64,000 bases of DNA, from NCBI RefSeq assembly GCF_036321535.1, contig NC_087436.1, positions 7,874,001 to 7,938,000 on the forward strand, given 5' to 3'. Made by a program: the position numbers and the translations under genes. Below are positions 1 to 13,902 of this stretch, piece by piece. Numbering within the stretch: position 1 is the first letter of the stretch; every line of letters starts with the position of its first letter. Below the pieces are notes generated by a model. It was given only the letters and a program-made list of their open reading frames with translations. It ran no database searches and was not told the DNA's origin. The stretch comes from Camelus dromedarius. Taxonomy: Eukaryota.

Positions 1-491
1 GACACTGTATTTATTAATGCAATTATCTCTCTCTATATATATATCATATAACATATTAAATATACATATTTGTATACATAAGATTTTTAATCAATTTCAG
101 AATATTTATTTTTCTGTTAGAGGAGTTTCTCCTTTATAATTAATATGTTAAATAATTTGAGTATTTTCTATTTGGATTAATATGATCATCATCATTATTT
201 CAGTCTTCAATTTTTTAGTATGTCATTAAATAATTTCCAGCTTTGCATTGTTTAAAACTCTCAGCATTTCTGGTCCATTCGCTTTCTATTTTTTAAACAT
301 TTTCTATCACTACTGTATTGTATGTAAAAGGTCCTTTGTCATTGCATCTGTGAAGAAGTGAATCAAATATTTGTTATAAAAAAAAATTTCATCTTGATAT
401 GAGAAAGTTGTGCTACGATTGTTTAATTAACTATTAACACCGATGATAATTTTATCAACAATTTACCTAACAATAAAATTTTGGTTCAAAA

Positions 492-1234
492 TGTAACCAA
501 GCAGGACCCTATTGTCATCAGTGACCAGCCGACATCTGCAATGGTGTTTCATGGTTTAAAGGTTCTTCTCGTGCTCTTGCTGACCAGGGTTGGGCTGCAG
601 AGGAGGGAGGCTTGGGTGGTCCACCCACTGCCTCGTGGTGCTGTGTGAAGGGGTCAAGCTCAGTGCCCTTCTCCTGACACCAGTGCCTTCCTCTTGCCCC
701 CAGTGCCCTCTTCTTGACCCCTTGTGGTTTCCTTGAATTTTGTTGTTCGAGCTGTGGGCCTCAGCCTGCAGCAGGAGGACCCAGGCCTCAGCCTGCTCAA
801 AAGGCTAAAAGCAATTATCAGCCTGACTTTAAACTGCACAAGATTTCTCTAGAGCTCTTTTCTATGGAGCCCCTTCCTATGCATCCTTTGTTCTGGGTAT
901 AAGAATACTGAGAGAGTCCCAGAGCCAGAGGTGAGCTTCATACCCAGCAGAGGGAAGAGGGTAACTGCATCTGCAAAGACAGGAACAACTTTGCAATAAT
1001 TTGTTACCCTGTATGTGATCTCTATGGAAACCACCTCCGCCCTTTAAACTCCTGAACTTTTACTATAAAACCCCCTGCCTTCACTTCCCAGTAGGCTTAC
1101 AGTCTTAGAGGCACCAGCCCACCATGACCTCCTTTGCCTGCAAAGAAATAAAGCTGCTTTTTCTACTTCATCCAAAACTCTATCCTTAAGTCCCAATTTG
1201 GTGAGTGGAGTGTGGAGGCCAAGTTTCGGTAACA
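492..1234 (+). mobile_element. ERV1-type solo LTR (host of a nested insertion)
   Basis: Termini TGTAAC...GGTAACA, TATA-like TATAAAA at ~1065, AATAAA at ~1147. The 5' end tgtaaccaagcaggaccctat matches the minus-strand LTR ending at 56090. Confidence 0.8.
513..861 (-). mobile_element. LTR-like element nested inside the 492-1234 LTR
   Basis: Flanked by a 4-bp duplication ctat (509-512 / 862-865). The left edge TGTCATCAG reads ...CTGATGACA on the minus strand. Removing it restores ggaccctatggagcc, similar to the sister LTR start ggaccctatggggtc. Confidence 0.6.
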
Positions 1235-2399
1235 AAATTAATGGCTTTTCAAAAAGTTACCCGATGATGTTTCTCACTTATCAAACCTCCAAATATAATT
1301 TAATTGTATGTTTAAAAGATTGGTGTTAGTTACAGTATAAATGCATTACTAGATTTTTCAAGGTAAAGATCACTTAATTTGGAGGAATAAGGAGCTATTG
1401 TGTTATAAAAATATGTATTTAAAGTTGTTTCTAGTCAATTTATATAAGCTAAAAATATATTCAGGTTAAAACAGAACGTCTGTCCAAACAGCAATTATCA
1501 ACTGGAGTAGGACAGCACATTTGAATAAAAGGTCTGGTAGATAACACATAATTTGAAAAAGCATTTTTTTATATTTTAGTATACATTATATCTAAGGTAA
1601 AAATACCTATTGTATTCAGATAGGAAGTATACAAAGCAAAGACAGAAATTTTTTTTTCTGCTATTAGGAATATACAAAATAATCAACACTTATCTTGAAA
1701 TATTTATACCTATTATTAAAAGAGAATATAGATTTTTAAAACATTTGAGAAATTTTGCATAAAAAGGTCAGTTATTTATAAAGTAGAAACCTGTGAAGTC
1801 TAAGAGAAACACAGAGATTTGCAGAATAGTGCTTTATTATAAGTTCTAGACGCTTGAGATAATTTTGAAAATAAATAACCAAACATTTGCAGAAGGGACC
1901 ACTAGCTCTCTTACTTGACTTCCTGTATTTCTTCTTTGCTCAAAATGTCTCAACTATTTTCCATCTCAACTTGAATTAATTTTTTAAAGTACTTTAAATT
2001 TTTAAAGAAGTGGAGTATAAATATTTTGAAAATGCTTGCTAAAATAATGAGTGTTTTATATCAAATTTGTAGATCAACTACTGAAATAAATTTAACTGAA
2101 TGTAACTGAATTTTTGTCATCTGTTGAGAAAAAACTATGCTTATCAATGATGATAAGCATCAGAATTATTTTTTCAAATATGCTAATTTTTCCATTTAAA
2201 AAATAAAGGTGATGAATTCATATTATTTATGTTTTGTGATATAAACATCTCAAAAATTATGGCAAAGGACATAAAACAAAAGACTCCCCATCTTTAATAA
2301 AATAGAAAATGACTTGTGGCACCAAGTTAAATATTATGAAAAATACCTGCTACAATTAAATTTTGAGTTAAGTCATAAAAGGTCAATGTAATACTTGCT

Positions 2400-3725
2400 C
2401 AAAAACAGACACATAGATCAATGGAACAGAATAGACAGCCCAGAAATAAATCCACGCTGGATCGATGACAAAAGAGGCATGTTTATACAATGAAGAAAAG
2501 ACGGCCTCTCCAGAAATGGGGTTAGGGAAACTGGACAGCTACATGCAAAAGTGTTAAGCTGGGCTACTTTCTCATACTATACAGAAAAAAACCAAAAAAC
2601 AAAAAAAAAACCAGAAAAAAACCTCAAAACGAATTAAAGGTTTACACGTAAGGCCTGAAATTATAAGACTCCTAGAAGAAAATGTAAATGTATGCAGTAT
2701 GCTCTTTGATGTTGGTCTTAGCAATATTTATGCTGGCTCTGTCTCCTCAGGCAAAGGAAATGAAAATGAAACTACACAAATAGAATTATATCATATTGAA
2801 GGGCAAAGGACCGAAGAAGACATACAAATGGCCAACAGACACATAAAAAGATGCTTAACATTGCTAATCAGCAAATGCAAATCAAAACCACAGAGATATC
2901 ACCTCACACCTGTCAGAATCATCCAAAAAAAAAAAAAAAAAAAAAACAAACCCCACAAACAACAAGTGTGATAGAGGGTGTGAAGAACAGCAAACGCTCA
3001 TGCACTATTGGTGGAAATGTAAACTGGTGCAGCCCCTGTGGAAAACAGTATGAAGCTTTCTTCAGACATTGAAAATAGAACTGCCATGTGATCCAGCTAT
3101 TTCACTTCTGGGTATTTACCTAAAGAAAATAAACACCAATTTGAAGAGATATAAGCACTCAATGCTCATTGCAGTACTTTCCACAGCAGTCAAGATATGG
3201 AAGCAACTCTAGTGTCCATCAACAGACAGATAAATAAAAAGTGGTATATATGGAATGAAATATTATTCTGCCATAAAAAATGAAATCTTGCCATTTACAA
3301 CAACATAGATGAATCTAGAGGATATTATGCTAAGAGAAATGTCAGATAAAGAGAAATACCATATGATCTCACCTATATGTGGAACCTCAAAAACCAAACA
3401 AATAAACTGAACAAAATGCAAACAGAGTCATAGATACAGAGAACAAACGATGGTTGCCAGAAGGGAGGGGTTTGGGGGTGGAGGGTGGGGAGAAATCAGT
3501 GAAGGGGATTAAGAGGTCAAAATCTCCAGTTTTAAAATAAATAAGCCACGGCAATGTAATATATAACACACAGCACTGGTCAGTAATATTGTTAATAAAT
3601 TTGTATAGGGACAAGTGGTTACTAGACTTAGTTTGGTGATCATTTCATAATGTATGCAAACGTCAAATCACAGTACACTTAAAACTAACCTAATATCATA
3701 TGTCAATTATATTTCAATTAGAGTA
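2400..3725 (+). mobile_element. LINE-1, 5'-truncated (ORF2 3' part with internal deletions plus 3' UTR)
   Basis: L1 ORF2 motifs aacagacacatagatcaatggaacagaataga, gaagacatacaaatggccaacagacacat and CTIGGNVNWCSP-type C-terminal sequence; typical 3' UTR end. Confidence 0.9.
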
Positions 3726-4769
3726 ACAACCAAAAATATCCTAAAATAAAGCAAAATAAAATTACCATTTTGCCACATTGAGTGTAATGAATTGGGATAA
3801 TTATCACTGATGATGAAACAAGTAGGGAAAAGGTTTAGAGGGAGATTTATTATTATAAAGATCTAGCGAAAAACCTGATCAGTCTTAACACTACTTAAAT
3901 TAAGACAACCAGATGTTCCATCTAACATGATGCCAGGAAGTATGTAGTACCTTGTATTTTTGCCTCTCAAAAGAAACCTCCATCGAAATAAGCTTCTATA
4001 CATAACTATCCGACCACTCAGGTACAGGACAAACAAGCATTACAATTAAAACTTCTATAGATGAAAGGAAATAGTTTTCTTAAATAACTGAAATGGGAGA
4101 GGGAACTTTCCATTAATGGCAGATTTCTTGTTTATTTGTTTATTTATTTATTTGTAATTTTGTTTGTATCTGTTTTCAGATTGTGCTGCTAACTGCATGA
4201 AAGTTCAGATTTTTACATCTTCCTAGTGAATCTTTTATTAAGTGGTTACTCTATATATTTTAACTGATATTAGTATAGGCAGTGGGATTGTCTATTGGTT
4301 AATGTTAGCATTCAGTACATCCAGTTTCCTACTATTCTTTAGAACATCAGGCATTCTTACAGCTACAATGGTTTTCCATTGGCATTAGCCTCTTGTTTGC
4401 TTGGCTTTCTTGTGTTCTATCTCTTTATGGTTTAAATGTGTCCCTTATGAAAAGCATAGAACTGGATTTTTCTCTTTCCTTTCTCTAGCTTACTTGGAAA
4501 ACTTCCTCTTGTCCTCAGGCTCTCTTTCCCAATAACCACTTTTTGTATTTTATCAGTCAGATTTAGCCAAGAATCTGGAGAAGTGAAAGTCTGGAGGATC
4601 TGTTTAGAATATGTACAGTGTGGGTAGGGAAGCTGAAGCGAAGAAAATTATATGGAAAATTTGTGACTCATATTTTAAAACCAAGGTAAATAAACTATCT
4701 CTTAAGAAAGACTACATACTACGATAATCTAAAATATTTGTAGAACTAAAACTAAGTTGAATATTTAAG

Positions 4770-6060
4770 ACTTTTCCTCCAACTGAAGCACTTACCCGGA
4801 TAGTTGTACCAACTAACTCTATCAGCATTCAAGGAACACAAAATTCCAAACTGACACACATTCTTCCAGAGGATGAAAAAAAAAGATGATTCCTCAATTT
4901 TCTAATGAACCATTAAACTATGGTATCAAAACCCCACAAAGGCACACAAAGGTTACAGGATACTCTCAATTATAATCATAAATGTAAACATTGAAAAACT
5001 CAAATTCAATATAGAATTATAACCAAAAGTCATGTCCAAGAATGTAAAAATGTTTTAACATAACAAAATATATTAGTGTACAAACAAAACATCAAAAACC
5101 AAAGTACATTAATGTGATTCACATCCTTAAGGAGAAATGCCAATAAAAAGTCCAATAAAATTCACTATAAATATGGGAGAAAAGTGACTCTTACTGATCA
5201 CCATACATGAAGTTAATTGCAGATGGATTAAATATATAAATGTAAAATTCTAATATTTTAGAATTTCTAAGAAAATATAGGAATAGATCCTTAAATCAAT
5301 CTCAGAGTATCCAGGTATTTCTAAAACAAGACACAAAAGAAGCAGAAAGAAATGCAAATTTTGAAAAATAGACTGCATTTAAAAATCCTCAAAAGGCACA
5401 CTAAAAAGTGAAAACAGAAACTTCAGATTTAAAGGAGATATTATCTGTGCATATAAACAACAGAGTTGTTATATAGAACATGTAAAGAAACTGCAAATAA
5501 ATAAGAAAAGGCAAATAAACTGAGTTGAAAAAAATAAGCCAAAGGTAGAAAAAAAGCAAAGAATAAAAGAGAAGAAAAAGGTTACTTTTCTGTGAAAAGT
5601 AATTCACAGAAGAGGAAATACTAATGGCCAATCAGTATGTAAAAGGATGCTTTCTAGGAATCCAGGAAAATCACAGTATTAACCCAAGGACCATTTCACA
5701 GATTGGCCAACACAATGAAGTCTAAAACTAATTTTTTTTCCTTGTATAAGGAGAATGAGAACACATATATGCTTATATATGTAATTTGATATGAGGTCGG
5801 CATTCCAGCAAAATTTAATGAAATGGAATTTCTTTATATTCTGTGACCTAGCAGCTCAATTCTTACACGAATACAGGTGGACGCCTGTATCAGAATGCTA
5901 ATTGTGGCACTGTTTTCTATATAAAATACAACCTCATATCTATCAATGAGACAGTAGAAAAATAAACTCTTGGTATTTTCTTGCAATGAAAACGCCCAGG
6001 CAGCAGGAAATACGAAGTAATTAGAGCTGCATCTATCAATGTGAATTTGTTTCACAAACA
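4770..6060 (+). mobile_element. Old, degraded LINE-1 ORF2/3' fragments (L1M-type)
   Basis: A-rich ORF2-like tracts, e.g. cacagaagaggaaatactaatggccaatcagtatgtaaaaggatgc and atgctaattgtggcactgttt. Confidence 0.7.
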
Positions 6061-6084
6061 GTGCTGCTAAGTGCACTGGTGGGC

Positions 6085-6415
6085 AGACGGTGTTCAGTTA
6101 CTAAGGAAGACTTACAGGGCTTCAAACACAATGCTTGCAAATCTACGGTTTATTGCAGGAAAGGATACAATATGGCAACCACATTAAATTAAGGGTTTAT
6201 TTCATAACCCAGAGCTGCCTCCCAGCATGGCATCTTGAGCTACTAGACTTTAGCTCTTACTTTCTCCCTCAATAAGGGCAAAACATATAAACGTATTTCT
6301 ATGCATTTCCTTTGGACTAGAAATCATCAAGGTGTGCACAAAATATCCCGGAACGAAGATGCGCAAAATAGAATCTCAGTCAAGGTTTCTTCTACCATAC
6401 AGGTCACGACATTTA
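6085..6415 (-). mobile_element. LTR fragment (MER21/ERV-type)
   Basis: Contains ggtttattgcaggaaaggataca, resembling the reverse strand of MER21-like LTR U5/polyA regions; interrupts the L1 3' region. Confidence 0.45.
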
Positions 6416-6989
6416 TTATTTATTATTTATTTATTATTATCAAAACAAGATATCAGTATGAAATAGAACAGTCATAAAATGAAATAGCTGGTTTTAAACA
6501 GTGAATTAGTTTAAATATAGAATAAAGGATAAACAACCATGAGAATTTTAATATAATTAAAAAAAAAAAAAACCAAAACACGCTGGATGTGTATATGGGG
6601 ATGTTATGATTGTCAAAAGAGTGACAATGATTGATACAAGGAAACACAGACAAAAGATAAGCAAGTAATTTTAATGTGAGTTTAGGGTTTAAGACATCAA
6701 GAATTTGTCAATACCGAAATAATTAGGCACATTGGGATTTACATTGACCCCGGTAGGGGTACGGCTGCCAAGGTCATCAGCACGTTTCCTAGTCAAGTAT
6801 GGCACCAATGGTGGTGATGCCACCATTGGGGTAAAAGCTGGATCCTTCTTGAAGTTTCTCCCTAGATTGTGACTCTTTTGTGATACACCTTGCAACTCGG
6901 TCTCCGTGCTGGCTGGAAGCAGTCTGCTGTAAACCACAGTGGCTCTTAGAATACTGCTCCACACTGCCTCACCTCTGCCCAGCCTCCCT

Positions 6990-7965
6990 ACACCCTCCCT
7001 GTTCCTTACTCTTAGATCACGGATGAGTATCCTATTTTACACAGAATATTGAATACATCAGAAAAGGAATTCTACCCACATCCACAACCCCTTGCCACTG
7101 ATGCATACACTCACCTTTCACTCCTGACACTAGGATTTCTTGTCTGTATTCCTTCTAGGTACCATCTAAACTTCAAGTTGTCTGTTTGATCACGTCCTCT
7201 CTTATCAATTCAATTCCAGAACTACATTAATTTTTTTTTGTCTTCTGCATTAGCAAAATCTCCCCCTCTGCTTTGTGATTCTCATCAGAAAAATAAAATT
7301 CTATTACTTCTTCCATTATCATAAACCTTATTGACCCCACTACTCTAACTAAATAAGACTCCTATGTTCCCCTTATAGAAAACAGTGGGAAAGAATTGCC
7401 CATAGCTAGTATTCACTCTAAATCCTATCCCTTTATCTAATAAATACTGTGCAATCAGTTATTTTCCTTACAGCTGAGCAGACACTGCCCAGTGAATGTT
7501 ATGACTGATCTCTGTGTAGCATGGGGAACAATGGATGCTACTCTCTTGTTTGGAAAACTTTCTTCCTTTGAATTCCAGGTACCCCACTCTCCTAGCTTTC
7601 TCCCCTTTTCCCTGGTAACATCTCCTAACGATTCTCCTTTGCTACTTCCTCTGCTTCTCCTGGAACTCTTCATGTGGCCTTGGCTGTGGGCTCCATCCTT
7701 GGATGTGCATTTTAGATTACAGCTCCCTCTCACACTCCTTACTCCCCTTCCTTCTGTCTTATTCTCCAGAACATGTTTTTCAGTCTGACAAACTGTATGC
7801 AACTTGCTTAATTTTCATTACGTATTGCCCTCTACCTTATTATAAGCTCTAGGAGGAAAGTAATTTTTCTCTCTTTTGTTTACTACTCTGTTTCTAGTAT
7901 CTAGAAAAGTACCCAGAAAAAAAAAAAAAAGGTTACTTCTCAATAAAAACCTGTTGAATAAGTCA
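6990..7965 (+). mobile_element. LINE-2 3' portion
   Basis: Pyrimidine-rich L2 body ending in tataagctctaggagg...tctagtatctagaaaagtaccc...ctcaataaaaacctgttgaataagt, the L2 3' end pattern. Confidence 0.7.
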
Positions 7966-9079
7966 GTATGTACGTTGCCTCTCCTCCTAACACTGCTGTC
8001 TCACATTTTCTCAAGGCAGTGGCCATCAGATGAAGGTTAGGGAGTTAGCACAAGCTAAAATACAAGACCTCAAAGTCTTAAAGACTATAAATGAATAAAA
8101 CAATTGGTTGCAGTTATGTTTAAATAAATTTAACTCACTCTTCTCCCACATATGTGCATAATAGAGGCAATTATATTGCCAAATAAGACCTAATGATCAG
8201 CCACTTTTACTTTTCAACTCATGATCCTATCTCTTTGCTTTCAAACTTATACTAAAAAAGTAAGCTGTAAACCCTTTGGGTGTCTCAGGAGGTAATGCTC
8301 ATGAAAGATATGGCCATTTGGAAAATGGACAGGGAGTCTACTCTCCACAGGTGGGACAAAGGTAAAGGAAGATCTTCCTAAATCACATTAGTAGCTGCTA
8401 GAGGGGCCAGATAAGAATTCAGTCCACCAATGGGACCAGGGCATCCTTGGTATTTCTATCCCAGAGAGCATGATATTTCAATTTTTTTAATTTTAGGAGT
8501 CTTTTTGTCCATTAATGCATAATAGATGAGTTGAATGCGTATTACTTTCCTTTTGGTTATAGTTCATCAGATCATAGGGAATCACTGAACAAGATCAAAA
8601 TACATTGTTAATTACAATAAATATAAACCGATTAGAATTTCTAGTTAGAAGATTGTCAGATGTGATCATTGTTTTAAATGTCGAATTCCATGTTATTTAC
8701 CAAAAACATTCCATAATCTAAACAGAAAATATTGAGATTAAAGAGATGGAAATGGCATAAAAACATATATTAGACAAAATAATGAAATTATTTTAATAGT
8801 TATACATAAAAGACAACAACAATAAGGCTTATAGGTTGAAGTTTTAACACATAGTGATTGAAGAATCATTTCATCTGGGATTATAAAGAAGCTTATGTTG
8901 TCTCTACTTTACCCCCAAACCCTGAATTTTTGGAAACTGGATTTTATACAGAAGAAAGAATCAATGATGTAATGTCAAATGAATTAATAAAATAGAATTA
9001 TTTCAAATAAGATCAAAAACAATTGTCTCCTGACCAAGAAAATTATATCAAAACAGCACAGACATTATTTCAGGAATAC

Positions 9080-9520
9080 TATGCCAGCCAGGGTCCATCC
9101 AGTAAAACAGAAACCATTACAGACATTTAAAGCAGAAAGAAATTCATATAGAGAATATGGTGCCCACAAAAACATCGGATGTGCTGGAGGAGTGAGAGAG
9201 AAAACGCCACCAGTCTTCCTATTAGCCACTAGAACAATGGGTCAGAGATGAAGAAACTGTCATTTGCTTGGGTCAGATGCCCCAGGGATCTGCTACTGAC
9301 TTCATTTGCAGAGCAGAAGTGGGACACTTGAAGGCAGAGCTGCTACCAAAATACTCCTCCTCTGTTAAAGTCCACATCATCTACCTCTGCCTTCCAAATC
9401 AATCTCATATAGGTGTATATCACTGACATTGTGAGCTGCATCTAGAATGTGAGAGACAAGAAAGTCTGGGAAACAGTTCTAAGGCTTCCAGCCCCTACAG
9501 GGAAAGACAGAGAAGGAAGT
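9080..9520 (-). mobile_element. Old ERVL-type LTR (LTR33-like)
   Basis: Begins tatgccagccagggtccatccagtaaaacagaaacc, similar to the element at ~48292. Confidence 0.45.
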
Positions 9521-9859
9521 TAATGCTAATAAAAAAAAAAAAAATCAGAAAAATTAAAGAGAAGGCTCCAAGTTTATTGGTCTCAGTTAATGTGGTGATA
9601 TTCACATTGCATATGTTTGTTTAAAGAGAATAATCATTATTTTCTAAGTATCTTAAGTGCTTATAAAAGGCAAGAATAAGAAACATATTCCTATTTTTTC
9701 ATTAGACTGTGAGATTGGAAATTTCATAAAGGTAATTCCTACTGAGGAAAATTGATTGTAGTTCCCTACAGCTGGTGATCATCTTCCACTGCTCCTTTCC
9801 TGGTATCTCATCAAAATCCATTTAAAATATAATGCCAATTTTTGAAGACCATTTGTTTA

Positions 9860-10060
9860 ATTAGGATATCAGTTCAACAGATGAAATAGAGTGGCTCAAA
9901 GTTAGAATGTTTTCATCAACATAAGATATTTCCTTCTCACACACAGAGTCTGGGTTAACAAGGTGGCTCTCCTCTGCAAAGATATAAGGGTCCAGATTCC
10001 TTCCCTTTTTTTCTTTTCTTTTATTTTTTGGCAAAATTGAGGTACTGTCCCTGTCAACAT
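9860..10060 (-). mobile_element. Old MaLR (MLT1-type) LTR fragment
   Basis: agtggctcaaa...ataagatatttccttctcacac...agggtccagattccttcc resembles the MLT1J/K reverse strand. Confidence 0.45.
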
Positions 10061-10153
10061 AGACTATGATAGAGCATAGGGGGCTGGGAGGGAGAAGAAA
10101 AGTGTTCATTGATTATTTTTCTCTCTTTTTTTCTTTTGTTCCTAAGTTTATTT

Positions 10154-11127
10154 TTTAAATTGAAGTATAGTTGATACACATTATTATATGTTGCAGATGT
10201 ACAATATAGTGATTTCAATTTTTAAAGGTTATACTCCCTTTATGTTTTTATAAAATATTGGATATATTCCCTGTGCTGTGCAATATATCCTTGTAGCTTA
10301 TTTTATACCTAATTGTTTGTACCTCTTGTACCTATATTGTCCCTCCCAGCTTCTCTCTCCCCACCAGTAACCACTAGTTTGTTCTCTATATCTGTAAGTC
10401 TGCTTTTTTTTTTTTATTATATTCATTAGTCAGTTGTGTTTTTCACATTCTGCAGGTCAGTGATATCATACAGTATTTGTTTTTCTCTGTCTGACTTATT
10501 TCACTTAGCAAAAGACCATCCAAGTCCATCCATGTTGCTGCAAATGGCAAAATTTCATTCTTTTTAGGGCTGAGTAATATTCCATTGTATATATATATAT
10601 ATACCATATCTTTTTTATCTATTCACCTGTTGATGGGCACTTAATTGCTTCATTGGCAATTGTAAATAATATTGCCATGAACATTGGGGTGCATGTATTT
10701 TTTGAATTAGTGTTTTCATTTTCTTTAGCTATATTTCCAGGAGTGGAATTCTTGGATCATATGGCAGTTTTATTTTTAGTTTTCCATAGTGGCTGCATCA
10801 ATTTACATTTCCAACAAAAGTGTACAAAAGTCCCTTTTTCTCCATAACCTCCCCAAAATTTGTTATTTATGTTCTTTTTGATAATAGCCATTCTGACAGA
10901 TGTAAGGTGATACATCATTATGGTTTTGGTTTCATCTCCCTGATAATTAGTGATGTTGAGCATCTTCTCATGTGCATGTTGGCCATCTGCCTTTCTTCTT
11001 TCAGAAATGTCTATTCAATTCTTCTGTCCATTTTTTAACTCAGTTTTTCTTTTTTGATGTTGAGTTGTATGAGCTGTTTATATATGCTGGATATTAATCT
11101 CTTATCAGTCATATCATTTGCAAATGT
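10154..11127 (-). mobile_element. LINE-1 3' ~1 kb, relatively young
   Basis: Reverse-strand L1 3' end (ttgaagtatagttgat...; ctctgtctgacttatttcacttagc; ccatccatgttgctgcaaatggc). Near-duplication ttcc(t)aagtttattt at 10139-10153 and 11132-11145 is consistent with a TSD. Confidence 0.9.
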
Positions 11128-11174
11128 AAGCTTCCAAGTTTATTTGATGATATTCACATTTTACACATTTTTAT

Positions 11175-11315
11175 TATTTTTTAAAATTAAATTACAGTCA
11201 GTTACAATGTGTCAATTTCTAGTGTACAGCATAATGTCTGTGTCATATTGAATATAGTTCCCTGTGCTATACAGAAGAAATTTGTTTTTTATCTATTTTT
11301 ATATATAGTGATTAT
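11175..11315 (-). mobile_element. Short young LINE-1 3' end
   Basis: cagtcagttacaatgtgtcaatttctagtgtacagc...tgaatatagttccctgtgctatacag, shared with copies at 19525, 28800 and 33670; flanked by cacatttt(t)a. Confidence 0.8.
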
Positions 11316-12589
11316 TAAAAGCACATTTTAAATATTTTAAAAACATATTTTAGATAGAACATATTTTATTTAAAAAACAGAAAAAAAAGGGAAAAAGAAA
11401 GAATGGAAAAGTAGCATTAGCAAAAGGGCACTTTAAAACAAATGTGTATAACCACTATACTCCTTTCTTTCTTTTTACCCTTTAGCATATTTCAGCATAT
11501 TTAAAATGTTTTTGATTAAGTAGCACAACAGAAGAATAGTTGCAAGGACACTTCAACAAATGAAAATCTATAATAACACTCAAGTTAGTGTAAATATAGA
11601 GTAAAACCAGAGCACAAGAGAAAAGAGGAAGTTTTAAAAAGGACTATTAACAACATTGATAAAAATTGAATTTCTGAATTCCTCAACATGAAGTGTCTGA
11701 GTGCTTTAGAAAGAGCAATTAATTAAAACAAACAAAAGCCATATGAAATGGAAACTGTTGTCTACCCATTGTTGTGTGGCAAAATGAAAGTTCAGAAAAC
11801 ATACAGTGTTATAGTCTGTGGAGGTGACAATTACAAGAATTAGACCTCAATAATACGGCCCTTTGTTTGCTTTTATTAAATAGTAATTAGAGGGGAAATA
11901 TTAATTAAACCTCTCAATGCTTCCCTACTGAAAATATGATTTTGATATAAAATAAATAACTAATGTGGCTTTTATTAAATATTTACTTAAACAAGTAGAA
12001 TATTAAATAAATTATTAACTTATAAAACATTAGGAAACCAAGTATGAATTTGGAAATACTGGTAGGCACTTTCTTCTAACAACTCCCCTGATCTTGTTTT
12101 GAGTTGCCTATTTTTAGAATCCACTTACCCTGCTATAAAATTACTTTATACTGCAAAATTTTTAATTATCACTACACAGTCCTCTATATTTTTCTTTTAT
12201 TTGTTTTAATATAAAAGTAATTTGTATACATATTAGAATACTTAAAAATAAATTTATAGAATGAAAAGGGTATCCCATCCACTTTTCTACTTGCCATGTA
12301 CTAAAAAGTTCCTTGTATTTCCTTCCAGAGAAAGACTATCAATTTTATATACTCAAATGAGATAAAATAATATATATTTTCATACTTCTCAGTTTTCTAA
12401 ATAAAAATATTTTTATATCACCCACATAGCACCCTTTGTACCACTTTCTTTTTATTCGTATTTTGCATAACTTCATGATGTATAAAATCATAAATAAAAA
12501 TCTAGATGTGTTTAAGGTGCCAAATGATTAAACATTTTAAATCTTTTCATGTACACCAAAATTCTTTTTCATAGTTTTAGTATTTATTT

Positions 12590-13200
12590 ACCACCAGCAG
12601 TGTATAAATCAAAATTCAGTTCTTCTACATTTTCACTAAAAATTGATATTTCAGTGTTTTTTTTTAAAGCAATTCTGGAGGGTCTCTAAAAGCATATGAC
12701 TTGTAATTTTCATTTGCATCTCCCTAGTGACTAAAAGGTTTGAACACATTTTCATGTTTTTAGCCATGTGGCCATTCTATTTTAAAATTCTTGTTCAAGA
12801 TTTTTTTAAATTGGTGTTTTCATATTATTTTATAGATGATGTTAACAATCTAGAAAAGAATACTTGGTTTCAATTATATTCTCATAGTCTTTGGTTTGCC
12901 TGTTCATGCATTCATGTATCTTTTGATGAACAGAATTTCTTAATATTAGCATAATCTAACTTTATAAGATTCTTCTAAATATTAAATGCTTTTCCAAACT
13001 CAAACTCATGAAAATATTATTCTGAGCAATCTCTTAGTAATTTTATTAGTTTACTTTTACATTTATATCTACAATGTGAATTATAATTTGGAATTACAGT
13101 CTACAATTGTGAACAGTGTGAATTAGGGGTAAATTTCCTTTTCTTTTTTTTTGGCCTAGATGGCAATCGATTTCATACTATAAAAGACTTTTCTTTTTCC
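12590..13200 (-). mobile_element. Old LINE-1 ORF2 fragment
   Basis: catttgcatctccctagtgactaaaaggtttgaacacattttcatg and tcttttgatgaacagaatttcttaat match the L1M reverse strand. Confidence 0.7.
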
Positions 13201-13553
13201 AAATGTTATACTGTTTCACATTTGTCACTCCTTCGATAATTGGTAGTTTCAAATTAATTTTAAAAAGTGGTATGTCTTGGTTTTTAAACTTTTCTCTGCA
13301 GAAGGGATGCCCAAAACAGACATAGTAATGCTCTGTACAAATATATCATAACTTACTTTTTGTTTCCTCATTGATGGATTGTTTTGTGTTTCTGTTTTTC
13401 ACTAGTTTTTGTTTTTAGCTATACAGAAAATATTACAAAAATATTATTTTATATAAATAAAATTTTAACAGTATATATATTTTATAAATTGTGAGGAATT
13501 ATGACTTATTAATGTGCTGAGTTCTATTGATCTGGACATTTTGCAGGACATAT

Positions 13554-13902
13554 TATGATGGTGAAATCTGTGAGTCTATTGGGCCCAGGTTTTGGTCAAA
13601 GGCTACTCTAGATATTTCTGTGAAGGTATTTTGTAGATCTGATTAGCATCTTCAAGAAGAAGGAGTTTTAATTAAGACTGAAACAGATATCTTATCTGAG
13701 ATTCCAGACTGCTGGCTTGCACCAAAGATTTCAGATCAAAATTGTAATGTCAATTCTTGCTTGAATTTTCAACCTGCCCTTTGGATTTTGGACTTGCCAG
13801 CTCCCCTAAGCATATGAGTCAATGACCTAAAATAAATCTCATTACACACACACACACACGGTTCTGTTTTTTTTTTTTCCCTGCAAAACCTTGACTAAGA
13901 CA
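13554..13902 (+). mobile_element. MLT2-type (ERV-L) solo LTR
   Basis: tatgatggt...tagatatttctgtgaaggtatttt...aataaatctc(CA)n...ccttgactaagaca; 5-bp flanks catat/tatat (4/5 match). Confidence 0.8.
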
